From positions 6,829-70,828 of the forward strand of contig JASFLY010000013.1 of the NCBI GenBank assembly GCA_050117845.1: DNA of 64,000 nt. Reading direction: 5' to 3'. This DNA is from Candidatus Zixiibacteriota bacterium (lineage in GTDB: Bacteria > RBG-13-66-14 > B26-G2 > WVWN01). Numbering within the stretch: the stretch's first letter is position 1; each line of letters begins with the position of its first letter. A model generated the notes under the pieces. The model did no database searches and was not told where the DNA came from. It worked only from the letters and a program-made list of their open reading frames with translations. Below, piece after piece: positions 45,472-55,725 of the stretch. The position numbers were made by a program, and so were the translations under genes.

Positions 45472-45508
45472 AAAAAAAGAAGCCGCCCCGAGGGACGGCT
45501 TCTCTTTT
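45472..45508 (-). terminator. Rho-independent terminator
   Basis: AGAAGCCG-CCCCGAGGGA-CGGCTTCT with an A tract on the + strand 5' side. Confidence 0.7.
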
Positions 45509-45523
45509 AGGTCGGGTAATTCT

Positions 45524-46318
45524 TTAGTGGTAAAGGGCTTTGATCTTGCCCGCGGAGGTCGGCGTAACGCTTACGCCGGGACCCGGGCAGTGGACTTTAA
45601 ATACCGCATGGTAACCGGAGGTCGAAGCGAGCCATAGGTACTGGCCGTGGTACGCGAATCCCAGCGCCGGGCCGTTACTGAACGCGAAAGAACCCACGAT
45701 CGAACCGGAGGTGTTACGGCCGTAAATTACGGACCCGTTACGATGCCACATGAGTTCGTTCCGCCAGTCCCAGGCGATGTCGTAACAGCCTGTGGTGGCG
45801 AACGAGCCGTAGACGCTGCCGTTGGTCAGGCTTTGCCGCCAGGTGTAAGCGGGGGAGCTATCGGAAGACAACATATGGGTCGGGGCAGCGCCGCCGTCGG
45901 CGGTCGCCATCGCGGCCAGGCCGCCGTACATGTCATGGCCGGCCGAGAAAGAGGCGTAAGCGCTACCGGTGGTGTAGTTGCAGCGGTAGATGTAGTCGGT
46001 GGAGTAGTTGCCCATCCAGAGGTAGCTGCCGCTGGGGAGGCCGCCGCCGCCGTTGTAGTTGTACGTGAGGCCGCGGGTGTAGCTGCTGTGAGGCGAAACG
46101 TACGAGGCGTATACGGACCCGGTGTCCGCGTTCACACGCCAGATACGACGGTCGCCGGCGTTGCAGTAGAGCCAGAAGTACTGGCTGTTGTTCGCGCGCG
46201 CGGCGGCTATCGGGTAGTTCTCCGGCGCGGCCCATGAGGCGACGATGTCGCCGAGGGCGCCGTACGCCGCACCCGCCACCAACGCGAAAGCTAACGCTAA
46301 TACTACGGATTTCTTCAT
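45524..46318 (-). CDS. Secreted beta-propeller-like protein with C-terminal SxGxxKAL(F/Y) tail
   Basis: AAGGAGG SD; signal AYG/A; repeated TGS.Y.S(F/Y) units; ends VTPTSAGKIKALYH. Confidence 0.78.
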   Translation of the reverse strand: MKKSVVLALAFALVAGAAYGALGDIVASWAAPENYPIAAARANNSQYFWLYCNAGDRRIWRVNADTGSVYASYVSPHSSYTRGLTYNYNGGGGLPSGSYLWMGNYSTDYIYRCNYTTGSAYASFSAGHDMYGGLAAMATADGGAAPTHMLSSDSSPAYTWRQSLTNGSVYGSFATTGCYDIAWDWRNELMWHRNGSVIYGRNTSGSIVGSFAFSNGPALGFAYHGQYLWLASTSGYHAVFKVHCPGPGVSVTPTSAGKIKALYH

Positions 46319-46680
46319 CTGTGTATCCTCCTTAGTGGTAAGGGACATAAAGTATACCGCAAAAAAGTATAATAACTCGGCCCCGAAGTCAAGCGTTTTT
46401 TTGTGATATATAAAGTTGGTTAACATATGTATATCAGGATACTGTTTACTTGCCGGAAGCGGTATTTCGCAGTAACCCATTTATCGTAACCATTAGCTTT
46501 ATTAGGTCTTTCCGCATTGTCAACGGCGCATACTAAACTTGTCGGCTTTAACTTCGGGTCAGCGGGGCGGCTTAAAAAAAGCCGCGGCCGGGAATGCCAA
46601 TCCCGGTCGCGGTACGATCGTATGTTATTATAATGCAACAGTTTGCGGCGCGGCCTGAACGATATTCCAATATTATGGTA

Positions 46681-48102
46681 TCACATAGGACCTCGGCCTT
46701 CGCCCCCGGCGTCCCGGCCTCGCCGTGACAAGTCGTCGGCCGGATCGCTTCCCAACCACTTGTCCATGACCGTACAGGCTGTCAAGTCGCCGGTCACGTT
46801 AATGGCAGTGCGGCTCATATCCAGAATCCGGTCCACACCTATGATTAGCGCGATGCCGCCCGGCGGGATTCCGACGCCGGCGAGTACGGTGGCCAGGATT
46901 ACGATGCCCACCCCCGGCGTAGCCGGAGACCCTATCGACGCCCCGACCGTAGTTACCACGACCAACAGAAGGGCCCCGAGGCTCAGGTCGACGCCGAAGA
47001 CCTGGGCCAGGAAGACGGTCGCCGCCCCCTGATACAACGCCGTCCCGTCCATGTTGACAGTCGTGCCCAGCGGCACCAGGAGTTGGGCGACCGAAGGTTT
47101 TATCCCCAACTTCTCCTCCGCGGTTTTGATCGTTACCGGCATGACGGCGGCCGAACTCGACGTCGAGAACGCCAGCAGCTGGACGTCCCGGACGCGGGCG
47201 AGGAAATTCCACGGGGACCGGCCGGACGCGATAAGCACGATTGTCAGATACACGACGAGCATGAGCAGCAGGCCCAAAAGGACCGTCCCCACGTATACCG
47301 TCATCCCGACCAGGACGTCGAAACCGACCCGCGACGTTATTTGGGCCAGTAGGCCGAAGACCGCTATCGGCGCCAGTACCATCGCCCATCGCACGATACG
47401 CAAACAGACGTCCTGGAGCGAGCTCAACAAATCGAGCAGCGGTTTGGACTGCTCCGGGGCCAGCGATACCAGCGCCAGGCCGAAGATAAGCGAGAAGAAG
47501 ACGATCTTCAGCATCTCCTTGCTCACGACGGCGTTGAACGGGTTTGTCGGGATTAAACCGACGATTTTATCGGGTATGTCGGCGAGGCTCGGCGTTTCCT
47601 TTAAAGCTTCGGGGACTTCGGCGGGTTGTTCCTCCAGCGCCGCGCTTACGAGTTCCCGGTCCACGTATTCCCCTGGGGCGATGACCAGCGAGACGCCTAT
47701 CCCTATCGTTATGGCGAGCGACGTGGTCGCGAGAAAGTAGAAGACGAGGCGCAGGCCCAGCCGGCGCAATTGGTCCATGTTTTCGCTGGCCGCGAGGCCC
47801 CCGATTATGGACGAGACGACCAGCGGGATGACTATCATCTGTATCAGCGTCAGGAATATATTGCCGGGTATGGCCAGCCAGTCGCCGATAACGCGGGACG
47901 TTTCCTCGCTTACCAGGCCGGCGGAGGGGCCGAGGAGTACCCCCGTGCCCACGCCCAGGGCCATGCCCAGGAGTATCTGGAGCCACAGGCGGCTCCGGAT
48001 CAACCCCTGGAGTTGACCCGCCAGCCGGGCGAGATCCGGGGATTGGATCCTTTCGAGGGGGTGGGGCGTCGTGCTGGCTTTTCTCTTCTTAAACGGCCAC
48101 AT
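46681..48102 (-). CDS. Dicarboxylate/amino acid:cation symporter (DAACS)
   Basis: FLTLIQMIVIPLV, AFSTSSSAA, VPLGTTVNMDGTALY, DRILDMSRTAINVTGD. Confidence 0.93.
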   Translation of the reverse strand: MWPFKKRKASTTPHPLERIQSPDLARLAGQLQGLIRSRLWLQILLGMALGVGTGVLLGPSAGLVSEETSRVIGDWLAIPGNIFLTLIQMIVIPLVVSSIIGGLAASENMDQLRRLGLRLVFYFLATTSLAITIGIGVSLVIAPGEYVDRELVSAALEEQPAEVPEALKETPSLADIPDKIVGLIPTNPFNAVVSKEMLKIVFFSLIFGLALVSLAPEQSKPLLDLLSSLQDVCLRIVRWAMVLAPIAVFGLLAQITSRVGFDVLVGMTVYVGTVLLGLLLMLVVYLTIVLIASGRSPWNFLARVRDVQLLAFSTSSSAAVMPVTIKTAEEKLGIKPSVAQLLVPLGTTVNMDGTALYQGAATVFLAQVFGVDLSLGALLLVVVTTVGASIGSPATPGVGIVILATVLAGVGIPPGGIALIIGVDRILDMSRTAINVTGDLTACTVMDKWLGSDPADDLSRRGRDAGGEGRGPM

Positions 48103-48112
48103 TTATCGAATA

Positions 48113-48562
48113 TCAAACGTCGGGGTTAAGTTTCTTGGTGTAGTAGGCGACTTCCCGGAACGGCCTGTACCCGAGCCGTTCGAAGACGGCCGCGGAGGTG
48201 TCGTTCCAATCCTCGATGAGGCAGGCGAATATGCCGAGGCCAAGTTCGGCGAAGCGCCGTTCGACCTCGTCTACGAGGGCCCGGCCTACGCCGAGGCGCC
48301 TGTGCGCCGGCGATACGACGAGGCGGTTTATCCACCCCTTGCGGCCGTCGTGCGTCCCCAACACCGCGCCCGCCAGCTCGCCGCCCACTTCCGCGCCGAG
48401 GTATACCGACGTCGGCTCGGGGAGTTGGGCCGTGAATGCCTCTCTGGTGTCGCGGCCCCGCGGTTTGTACGGCAGGCCGCCCTCTTCCCACAGGCGCACC
48501 AGTGCGTCGTAATCGTCGGCGCTCAGTTCTCGAAGCGTAATCGTTTTACCGTTTATTTTCAT
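48113..48562 (-). CDS. GNAT family N-acetyltransferase
   Basis: HDGRKGWINRLVVSPAHRRLGVG, FERLGY. Confidence 0.9.
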   Translation of the reverse strand: MKINGKTITLRELSADDYDALVRLWEEGGLPYKPRGRDTREAFTAQLPEPTSVYLGAEVGGELAGAVLGTHDGRKGWINRLVVSPAHRRLGVGRALVDEVERRFAELGLGIFACLIEDWNDTSAAVFERLGYRPFREVAYYTKKLNPDV

Positions 48563-48617
48563 AAGGATAGGCCGGCCTGGCGCCGCTCGGCGGGGTCCGA
48601 GGTCGGCGTCTTCGCCG

Positions 48618-49124
48618 TCAGGTATTCAGGCTGTAGAGTGAAACGTTAAGTATCGCGGCGAAGCTGACCCACAGGATATAAGGGAGCATTAACAGCGCGG
48701 CCGGCCGCGATACGCGGTAGAACAGGATAATAGTTATAAGTATGCCGATCCAGAGCAGGGCGATGACCGCGAGGCCGGCGGCGGGGGAGCGGAGGCCGAA
48801 GAACGCGGCCGACCACAACACGTTGAGCACGAGCTGCACGTCGAACGCCGCCATGGCCGTTAGTACGCCCCTCTTCCGTATCCCCTTGTCCCAAACCAGG
48901 AAGGCCGCAACCGCCATGAGTAAATATAAGGTTATCCACGCCGGCGAGAACAGCCAGTTCGGCGGCGTGAAAGCGGGCTTGGCGAGTGAGGCGTACCAGG
49001 TAGGGATAGCGGGCGTCGTGAACAACGAGCCGATGAAGCCGGCCAACTGGCAGGCGACGACGCACGCCGCGAGTTTTAAAATCCGTACTATCAGACTACG
49101 TCGTTCCGTGTTGCCGTTCGCCAT
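48618..49124 (-). CDS. tspO: TspO/MBR family tryptophan-rich sensory protein
   Basis: WYASLAKPAFTPPNWLF..W..LY.LM, QL.LN..WS..FFG, PYILWVSFA..LN. Confidence 0.92.
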   Translation of the reverse strand: MANGNTERRSLIVRILKLAACVVACQLAGFIGSLFTTPAIPTWYASLAKPAFTPPNWLFSPAWITLYLLMAVAAFLVWDKGIRKRGVLTAMAAFDVQLVLNVLWSAAFFGLRSPAAGLAVIALLWIGILITIILFYRVSRPAALLMLPYILWVSFAAILNVSLYSLNT

Positions 49125-49317
49125 AATGAACACCCCCGGGGCGTCGGGCCCGCGGCCCGGTCGGCAATCGTATTCGCTCTTTAGGATAATACCCTTATCC
49201 GGCGTTTTTCGCAACCCCTAATGGCTTTTTTCTAGCGCAAGTTTATACCGGCCGTTCTTCCGGGCGGGCGGGCAGGCCGCGGGGGCCTGGCCGGGGAGTA
49301 AACGCCAAATTTATTTG

Positions 49318-49347
49318 TTGACAATTTATTAATAATTATGTTATAAG
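49318..49347 (+). promoter_or_regulatory. Sigma70 promoter of rpsA
   Basis: TTGACA followed by TG-t-TATAAG in AT-rich DNA. Confidence 0.6.
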
Positions 49348-49409
49348 TTCAGCTTAAAAGAAGGGCCTTCGAGCTCTTCAAATCCAATGATGAGAGGAAG
49401 ATAGAATTA

Positions 49410-51659
49410 ATGACCGAAGAAACCACAATATCGCGTGAACCGGAACAGACCCGGGAGCGCCCGACGGGCGGTAAAGCGCGACAAGAACACCGGATGGAGC
49501 CGGTGTTGGAAGACGCCGAAGCCTTCGACCCGAAAGAGTTCGAAGAGTTGGCGGGGTTGTACGAAGACTCGTTTCGCGACATCGAGGAGAACGAGATTGT
49601 TACCGGGACCGTGGTCGCGGTAACCGACGAAGAAGTCCTGGTCGATATCGGATACAAATCCGAGGGGACTATCAACCTGGGCGAGTTCGCCGAAGAGGGG
49701 GCAGTGGAGGTTGGCGATAAGGTAGAGGTTTATCTCGAAAAAAAGGAAGACCAGGACGGCGTCATCGTACTGTCGAAAGAGAAGGCCGATTTCTATCGGG
49801 CCTGGGACCAGGTGCGCGACGTCTATGAAACGGGCGGGGACATCGAAGGACGAATCCTCAACCGGGTACGGGGCGGATTCATCGTCGACATCGGCGTGAA
49901 GGCGTTTCTGCCGGCCTCCCAGCTCGACCTGCGGCCGGTGCGCGATTTCGAGCCGTACATCGGCGAAGCCTTCCGGATGAAAATTATCAAGGTTAACAAG
50001 CGCCGGCGGAACATCGTTCTGTCCCGCAAGGCGCTTTTGATGGAGGAGCGCGAGGAGAAGCGCAAGCGCCTTCTCGAGACCATCGAGGTCGGCGCGGTGC
50101 TGGATGGCGAAGTCAAGAACATCACCGACTTCGGCGCGTTCGTCGACCTGGACGGCCTGGACGGCCTCCTCCATATAACGGACCTCTCCCGCGGCCGGGT
50201 GAACCATCCGTCCGAGGTAGTGTCCGTGGGCGAGAAACTGGAAGTGCTCGTGACCGATTTCGATCCCGAGTCCGGCCGGGTTTCTTTGAGCCTCAAGGAA
50301 CTGCAGGATGACCCGTGGGAAACGGTGGCGAGCCGTTACCACGAGGGCGACCGCGTCATCGGCAAGGTCGTATCCATCGTCGATTACGGCGCGTTCGTCG
50401 AACTCGAACCCGGCGTCGAGGGCCTGATACACGTGTCCGAGATGTCCTGGACCCAGCGCGTGAAGCACCCGTCGAAGGTCCTGTCGGTGGGCGACGAGAT
50501 AGGCGTGGTCATCCTCAAAATTGACGACCAGCACAAACGCATATCACTGGGCCTGCGGCAGACGATGCCCAATCCCTGGGATACCATCGAGGAGCGCTAC
50601 CCGCCCGGCAGTAAGATAAAGGGCCTGGCGAAGAACATCACCGAATTCGGCGTCTTCGTGGAACTCGAAGAGGGCATCGACGGCCTTATTCACATTTCCG
50701 ACATCTCCTGGACCAAGCGCGTTCGCCACCCTTCCGAGGTCTACAAGAAGGGCGACGCCGTCGAGGCGGTCGTGTTGACCATAGACTCCGTCAACCGGCG
50801 CATTTCTTTGGGCGTCAAACAGCTCGAGCGCGACCCCTGGGCCAAGGTGGAGGAGCGGTACCCCGTCGGCGAGTACGTCGAGGGCGACGTCATTCGCGTA
50901 ACGCCGTACGGCGCCATCGTCAAACTCGAGGACGACATTGAGGGCCTGCTTCATATTTCCGAGATAGCCGGCCGCCGGATTAACCGCGTCGAGGACGTAC
51001 TCGACGCCGGCGACCGCATCAAGGTAAAGATAATCAACATCTCGCCCCGCGAGCGCCGCATCAATCTGAGCCTCTGGCAGTATCAGAACGAGACCGGCGA
51101 CAAGGGTATCGATAAGGGCGGCGGCATGGAAACGCTGGCCGCCGAGGAAGCCAAAGCCGCGGCGTCCCTGTCGGCGCCGGACGACGAAGACGAGGAAGAA
51201 GTCGACGACGCCGAATCGGCCGAAGGTGAAGAAGAGGGCGTCGACGCGGAAGAGGCTGAAGAAGTTGAGGCCGAAGCCGAGGCTGAAGAAGTTGAGGCCG
51301 AAGCGTCGCCCGAGGCCGAGGCGGAGACAAGCGAAGCCGAGGCCGAAGAAACCGCGGCCGCGGAAGAGGAAGTCGAAGCCGCCGTTGAGGAAACGGAGGC
51401 CGCGGTCGAAGAGGTTGAAGCCGCCGTCGAGGAAGCTGAGGGCGAGGCCGAAGCCGAGAACGTCGCCGCGGAAGCGGCCGACGAGGCCGAAGAATCTCCC
51501 GAGGCCGAAGCCGAAGCGGCCGAAGAGGTCGAGGAAAGCGCGGCCGAAGAAACCGGAGAAACCGAGGAAGAAACGGAAGAAGCCCCCGCCGAAAGCGGCG
51601 ATGGGGAAGAGGCCGAGACGGCCGAGCCCGAACCCGAATCGGAACCGGAGAAAGAGTAA
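49410..51659 (+). CDS. rpsA: 30S ribosomal protein S1 with long acidic C-terminal extension
   Basis: Six S1 repeats (VDIGYKSEG, AFLPASQ, ITDFGAFVDL, YGAFVEL..GVEGL.HVSEMSW) then about 180 aa of E/A-rich tail. Confidence 0.96.
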   Translation: MTEETTISREPEQTRERPTGGKARQEHRMEPVLEDAEAFDPKEFEELAGLYEDSFRDIEENEIVTGTVVAVTDEEVLVDIGYKSEGTINLGEFAEEGAVEVGDKVEVYLEKKEDQDGVIVLSKEKADFYRAWDQVRDVYETGGDIEGRILNRVRGGFIVDIGVKAFLPASQLDLRPVRDFEPYIGEAFRMKIIKVNKRRRNIVLSRKALLMEEREEKRKRLLETIEVGAVLDGEVKNITDFGAFVDLDGLDGLLHITDLSRGRVNHPSEVVSVGEKLEVLVTDFDPESGRVSLSLKELQDDPWETVASRYHEGDRVIGKVVSIVDYGAFVELEPGVEGLIHVSEMSWTQRVKHPSKVLSVGDEIGVVILKIDDQHKRISLGLRQTMPNPWDTIEERYPPGSKIKGLAKNITEFGVFVELEEGIDGLIHISDISWTKRVRHPSEVYKKGDAVEAVVLTIDSVNRRISLGVKQLERDPWAKVEERYPVGEYVEGDVIRVTPYGAIVKLEDDIEGLLHISEIAGRRINRVEDVLDAGDRIKVKIINISPRERRINLSLWQYQNETGDKGIDKGGGMETLAAEEAKAAASLSAPDDEDEEEVDDAESAEGEEEGVDAEEAEEVEAEAEAEEVEAEASPEAEAETSEAEAEETAAAEEEVEAAVEETEAAVEEVEAAVEEAEGEAEAENVAAEAADEAEESPEAEAEAAEEVEESAAEETGETEEETEEAPAESGDGEEAETAEPEPESEPEKE

Positions 51660-51678
51660 AACGACTACAATAACGAGG

Positions 51679-51710
51679 CGGCGGCTTCTTAACCGGAGCC
51701 GCCGTTTTTT
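51679..51710 (+). terminator. Rho-independent terminator after rpsA
   Basis: CGGCGGCT...AGCCGCCG then TTTTTT. Confidence 0.75.
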
Positions 51711-51731
51711 AGCCTCCCCGAAAGGCCCCGT

Positions 51732-53150
51732 TTGGAAAACGAAGGCACCTTCCCCCGGGTAATATTGCTGGGCCGGCCCAACGTCGGCAAGTCGACGATG
51801 TTCAACCGGCTGGTGGGCCGGAACATCGCCATGACCGATTCCCGGCCCCACACGACGCGGGACGTCCTGGCCGAGATCTGCCGCTTCGGCGACGCCGGTT
51901 TCGAGCTCGTGGACGCGGCGGGCTTTCTGGCCACGCCGGACGACACGTTGGCCCAGAGCATCAAACGGGGGTTGGACGCCGCCGCGGCCTCGGCCGACCT
52001 GGTAGTCCTCCTCTTCGACGGCCGCGAGGGCCTGCTGCCGCTCGACCGGGAACTGGCGGACTTCGTGCGGCGCCTCCACAAGCCGGTCGTCCCCGTGGTA
52101 AACAAAATAGATTCGCCGTCGCTTGTGGGGGAGGCTGCGGACTTCTACGAGCTGGGCTTCGAGCGCGAACCGGTGGTGGCGAGCGCGACCAACGGCTACA
52201 ACTGCCGCGAACTCGTGGACGTCATCCTGGAGGAACTCGGCCCCGCGGCGAACGTGGTCGAGAGGGAGGACGAGGAGCGTCTCACCGTCGCCATCGTGGG
52301 CCGACCCAACGTCGGCAAGTCGTCGCTTCTGAACCGCCTCGCCGGCAGCGACCGCGTCGTCGTGCACGAGACGCCGGGGACCACCCGCGACGCGGTGGAC
52401 GTGGCCATCGAGCACGAGGGCCGGGAATACCTCTTCGTCGATACGGCGGGGATAAGGCGCCGCGCCCGGGCCAAGGAACGCCTCGAGCTCTGGAGCCTGG
52501 GGAAGTCTTTCGGGGCGGTCAAACGCGCGTCCGTCGTGCTTTTGGTACTGGACGGGGCCGAGGGGCCGACCGCCCAGGACGCCAAAATCGCCGGCTACGC
52601 CGACCACAACGGCCGCGGCTTACTCCTTTTCGTCAACAAGACCGACCTTCTGATAGCCCGCAAAGAGAAAGAAGCGAAAGAGGCGGATGAAGCGGACGAA
52701 GACGCCCCGCCGCCGGAGGACGTCACGCCCGAAGAGCGGGTGGCGAGGCTCCTGGCTAACGTGCGCGAGGAACTCAATTTCGCGACCTACGCCTCCGCCC
52801 TCACGGGCTCGGCGACCGAGGGAATCGACGTCGACCAGGTGTTCCGGGCCATCGGCGAGGTGGACGAGAACCGTCGCGCCCGGCTGGGCACGGGCGGGTT
52901 GAACCGCTACCTGCGCGAAGCGATGGAGCGGCGCAGGTTCCGGGCGGGCCAGAAGGAAATCCGCCTGCTTTACGCCACGCAGGTCTCCACCGCGCCTCCC
53001 ACCTTCCACCTGTTCCTGAACGTGAGCAGGAAGCCGCCCCTCACGTTCACCCGCTTCATCGAGAACCGCCTGCGCGAGGCCTTCCCGCTCGTGGGTACGC
53101 CGATACGGCTGGTGTTTCGCCTGCGCGATTCGGCGTCGGCCAGAAAATAG
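51732..53150 (+). CDS. der: Ribosome biogenesis GTPase Der (EngA)
   Basis: Two GRPNVGKS motifs, GTTRDA, DTAGIRR, NKxD, C-terminal KH-like domain (ENRLREAF...GTPI). Confidence 0.94.
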   Translation: MENEGTFPRVILLGRPNVGKSTMFNRLVGRNIAMTDSRPHTTRDVLAEICRFGDAGFELVDAAGFLATPDDTLAQSIKRGLDAAAASADLVVLLFDGREGLLPLDRELADFVRRLHKPVVPVVNKIDSPSLVGEAADFYELGFEREPVVASATNGYNCRELVDVILEELGPAANVVEREDEERLTVAIVGRPNVGKSSLLNRLAGSDRVVVHETPGTTRDAVDVAIEHEGREYLFVDTAGIRRRARAKERLELWSLGKSFGAVKRASVVLLVLDGAEGPTAQDAKIAGYADHNGRGLLLFVNKTDLLIARKEKEAKEADEADEDAPPPEDVTPEERVARLLANVREELNFATYASALTGSATEGIDVDQVFRAIGEVDENRRARLGTGGLNRYLREAMERRRFRAGQKEIRLLYATQVSTAPPTFHLFLNVSRKPPLTFTRFIENRLREAFPLVGTPIRLVFRLRDSASARK

Positions 53151-53188
53151 TTGTAGGCCGCCGCGCGCGATGTTAACTTTTTAGGCTG

Positions 53189-53815
53189 ATGATACTCGTC
53201 TATGTAGGAATCGTCCTCGGCGCTTTTATCTTCGGAGCCGTCCCCTTCTCCTGGGTCCTCGGTAAAATTGCCGGATACGATCTGCGACGGCACGGCTCCG
53301 GGAACCCCGGCGCCACCAACCTGTACCGCACCGCCGGCGCGAAGTGGGGCATCCCGGGGTTGCTTCTGGATATCGGGAAGGGCGTCGGCGCGGTCGTCAT
53401 CGCGCGGTTGCTGTTCCCGGACGTCGCGGCCGCCGGCGTATGCGCGGCCGCCGGGGCCATCGCCGGCCACATCTGGACGCCGTTCCTCGGCTTCCGGGGC
53501 GGCAAGGGCGTCGCGACGGCCACGGGGGCGTTCCTGGCCCTCTCTCCCGTATTGATAATCTTCGCGTTCCTCGTGTTCGCCGTCATCGTCGCCATAACGC
53601 GTTACGTTTCTTTGGGTTCTATTACGGCGGCGGCGGCGGCTTTCGTCGGTTCCTTCGGAATCCCTCTCATCCTCGGCAAGCCGGTCGACGTGTATTTCGT
53701 CGTCCTGGTCGGCGTATGCGCCGTGGTGATAATTTTCGCTCATCGGGGGAATATATCCCGGCTCCTGGCCGGGACAGAAGGCCGGCTAGGCAAATCGAAA
53801 GCGGACAAAAAGTGA
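53189..53815 (+). CDS. plsY: Glycerol-3-phosphate acyltransferase PlsY
   Basis: GSGNPGATN, LDIGKG, GHIW..FL.FRGGKGVAT, HRGNI.RL..G.E. Confidence 0.95.
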   Translation: MILVYVGIVLGAFIFGAVPFSWVLGKIAGYDLRRHGSGNPGATNLYRTAGAKWGIPGLLLDIGKGVGAVVIARLLFPDVAAAGVCAAAGAIAGHIWTPFLGFRGGKGVATATGAFLALSPVLIIFAFLVFAVIVAITRYVSLGSITAAAAAFVGSFGIPLILGKPVDVYFVVLVGVCAVVIIFAHRGNISRLLAGTEGRLGKSKADKK

Positions 53816-54822
53816 GTACCGAGAAAAAAACGGTGGCGGTTTTGGGCGCCGGGTCCTGGGGCGTTACGCTCGCCCGGGTCTTCGCCGAAAACGGCCATAG
53901 CGTCCGGCTGTGGTGCTATCTTCCGGAGGAGTACGAAATACTCTCGGCCCACCGCGAGCGCCGGGATATCCTGCCGGGGATAGTAGTGCCCGATTCGGTC
54001 GCCTTCTCGACCGACGCGGCCGAGGTCGTCGCCGGGGCCGACGCCGTCTTCTTCGTCGTGCCGTCCTTCGGCGTGCGGGCGACGGCCGCGAAGATAGCCG
54101 CCGCGTGCGACGGCTCGCAAATAGCAGTTTCCGCCGCCAAGGGCCTGGAGGAGGGGACTTTCCTCCGGATGACCGAGGTCATGGCCGACGAGTTGGGCGA
54201 CCGGGCCCGGGGCTTCGTTTCCTTCTCGGGGCCGAGCCACGCCGAGGAAGTTTCGCGCCGCATACCGACGACTATAGTGGCCGCGGCCGCGGACGATGGC
54301 GTGGCGCGGGAGGTCCGCGACCTGGCGTTCGCCCCTTACCTCCGCGTTTACACGAACACGGACGTGTTGGGCGTCGAGTACGGCGCGGCCCTCAAGAACG
54401 TAATCGCCATCGCGGCCGGCGTCGTGGACGGCCTCGGCTACGGCGACAACACCAAGGCGGCGCTCCTCACGCGGGGCCTCGCCGAGATCAGTCGGCTGGG
54501 CGTGGCCCGGGGCGCGGACCCGCTGACCTTCGCGGGTCTCTCGGGCCTGGGGGACCTGGTGGTAACGTGCATGAGCCGGCACAGCCGCAACCGCTACGTC
54601 GGCGAGGAGCTGGGCCGCGGCCGCCCGCTGGACGATATACTCGATTCCATGCAGATGGTGGCCGAGGGCGTACGAACGACAAAAGTCGCCCGCGCTTTGT
54701 CGGTGGAAGCGGCCGTCGAGATGCCGATTACCGAAGCCATGTATCAGGTTATGTTCGAAGGGCGAGCGCCACGCGCCGCTGTCACGGAATTGATGGGCCG
54801 AACTCCCAAATCGGAATTGTAA
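53812..54822 (+). CDS. gpsA: NAD(P)H-dependent glycerol-3-phosphate dehydrogenase
   Basis: GAGSWG, SGPSHAEEV, GAALKNVIAIA, GLSGLGDLVVTC.S.HSRN, AEGV; GTGA overlap with plsY. Confidence 0.96.
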   Translation: MSTEKKTVAVLGAGSWGVTLARVFAENGHSVRLWCYLPEEYEILSAHRERRDILPGIVVPDSVAFSTDAAEVVAGADAVFFVVPSFGVRATAAKIAAACDGSQIAVSAAKGLEEGTFLRMTEVMADELGDRARGFVSFSGPSHAEEVSRRIPTTIVAAAADDGVAREVRDLAFAPYLRVYTNTDVLGVEYGAALKNVIAIAAGVVDGLGYGDNTKAALLTRGLAEISRLGVARGADPLTFAGLSGLGDLVVTCMSRHSRNRYVGEELGRGRPLDDILDSMQMVAEGVRTTKVARALSVEAAVEMPITEAMYQVMFEGRAPRAAVTELMGRTPKSEL

Positions 54823-54878
54823 ACCGACCTACGCGTAATTAACCTTGATTTGCGTCGATAATATCTTTATATTATACT

Positions 54879-55184
54879 ATGAGGATAGGCTACGTTGTCG
54901 GTATGGTGGTTTCGACGGTCAAGGACGAGGGGATTAGGGGCCTGAAGCTCCTCCTCGTCGAAGACTGCGACATTAACGGCCGCGGCCGTGGCACTTATTA
55001 CGTCGCCGCCGACGCCGTGGGAGCCGGGAAGGGAGAGGTCGTGTTGACCGCGGCCGGTTCTTCCGCCCGGCAAACCGAGATGACCCGCAACCGGCCCGTC
55101 GACGCCGTCGTAATGGCCATAGTGGAATCGGTGGAGGCCGACGGCGAAATAAGCTATCGCAAGAGCGCCGGGGTGCCCCGGTGA
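54879..55184 (+). CDS. BMC vertex (pentamer) protein, EutN/CcmL family
   Basis: G.VVG.VVSTVK...[33 protein letters not shown]. Confidence 0.92.
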   Translation: MRIGYVVGMVVSTVKDEGIRGLKLLLVEDCDINGRGRGTYYVAADAVGAGKGEVVLTAAGSSARQTEMTRNRPVDAVVMAIVESVEADGEISYRKSAGVPR

Positions 55185-55462
55185 GGGCGGGGCGAGTGAT
55201 AGGGTGCGTCGTCGCGACGCGGGTATACGAGGGCCTGGAGGGCAGGAAGCTGCTTCTGGTTGACCCCATCGACGCCGAGGACGAAGTGGACGGCGAGCCG
55301 TTCGTGGCGTGCGACGTAGTGGGGGCGGGCCCCGGGTCCCGGGTTATCTGGCTGGGCGGCCGGGAGGCCTCGCTGGCGCTGGACCCGCCCGGCGGGCCGG
55401 TGGACGCGACCTGCGTCGCGATTCTGGAGCGGCACGGCGGCGTTAAAGGGGAAGACTTCTAA
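55181..55462 (+). CDS. BMC vertex (pentamer) protein, EutN/CcmL family
   Basis: GRVIG.VVAT...[26 protein letters not shown]. Confidence 0.9.
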   Translation: MRAGRVIGCVVATRVYEGLEGRKLLLVDPIDAEDEVDGEPFVACDVVGAGPGSRVIWLGGREASLALDPPGGPVDATCVAILERHGGVKGEDF

Positions 55463-55725
55463 TGGAACTGGGACGCGTGGTAGGCCCCGCGCCGTCGACG
55501 GTGAAACATCCTAAATTGGAAGGTTTGAAACTGCTCATGGTCGAACCGGAGGGCGGAAGCGGCGGGGGAGCGGTAATCGCCTGGGACCTGGTCGACGCGG
55601 GCCGCGGCGACCGGGTGTTGATAATGCGGGAAGGGGGCGCCGCCATTCGGCTGCTGGGCCGGGGGGAAGCGCCCGTAAGGACCGTACTGGTAGGACACGT
55701 CGAGAGAGTAGATGGCCCCGAGTAA
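55462..55725 (+). CDS. BMC vertex (pentamer) protein, EutN/CcmL family
   Basis: GRVVG...STVKHP.L.G.KLL.V, IA.D.VDAG.GDRVL..REG..A, PVR..LVG.VE. Confidence 0.9.
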   Translation: MELGRVVGPAPSTVKHPKLEGLKLLMVEPEGGSGGGAVIAWDLVDAGRGDRVLIMREGGAAIRLLGRGEAPVRTVLVGHVERVDGPE

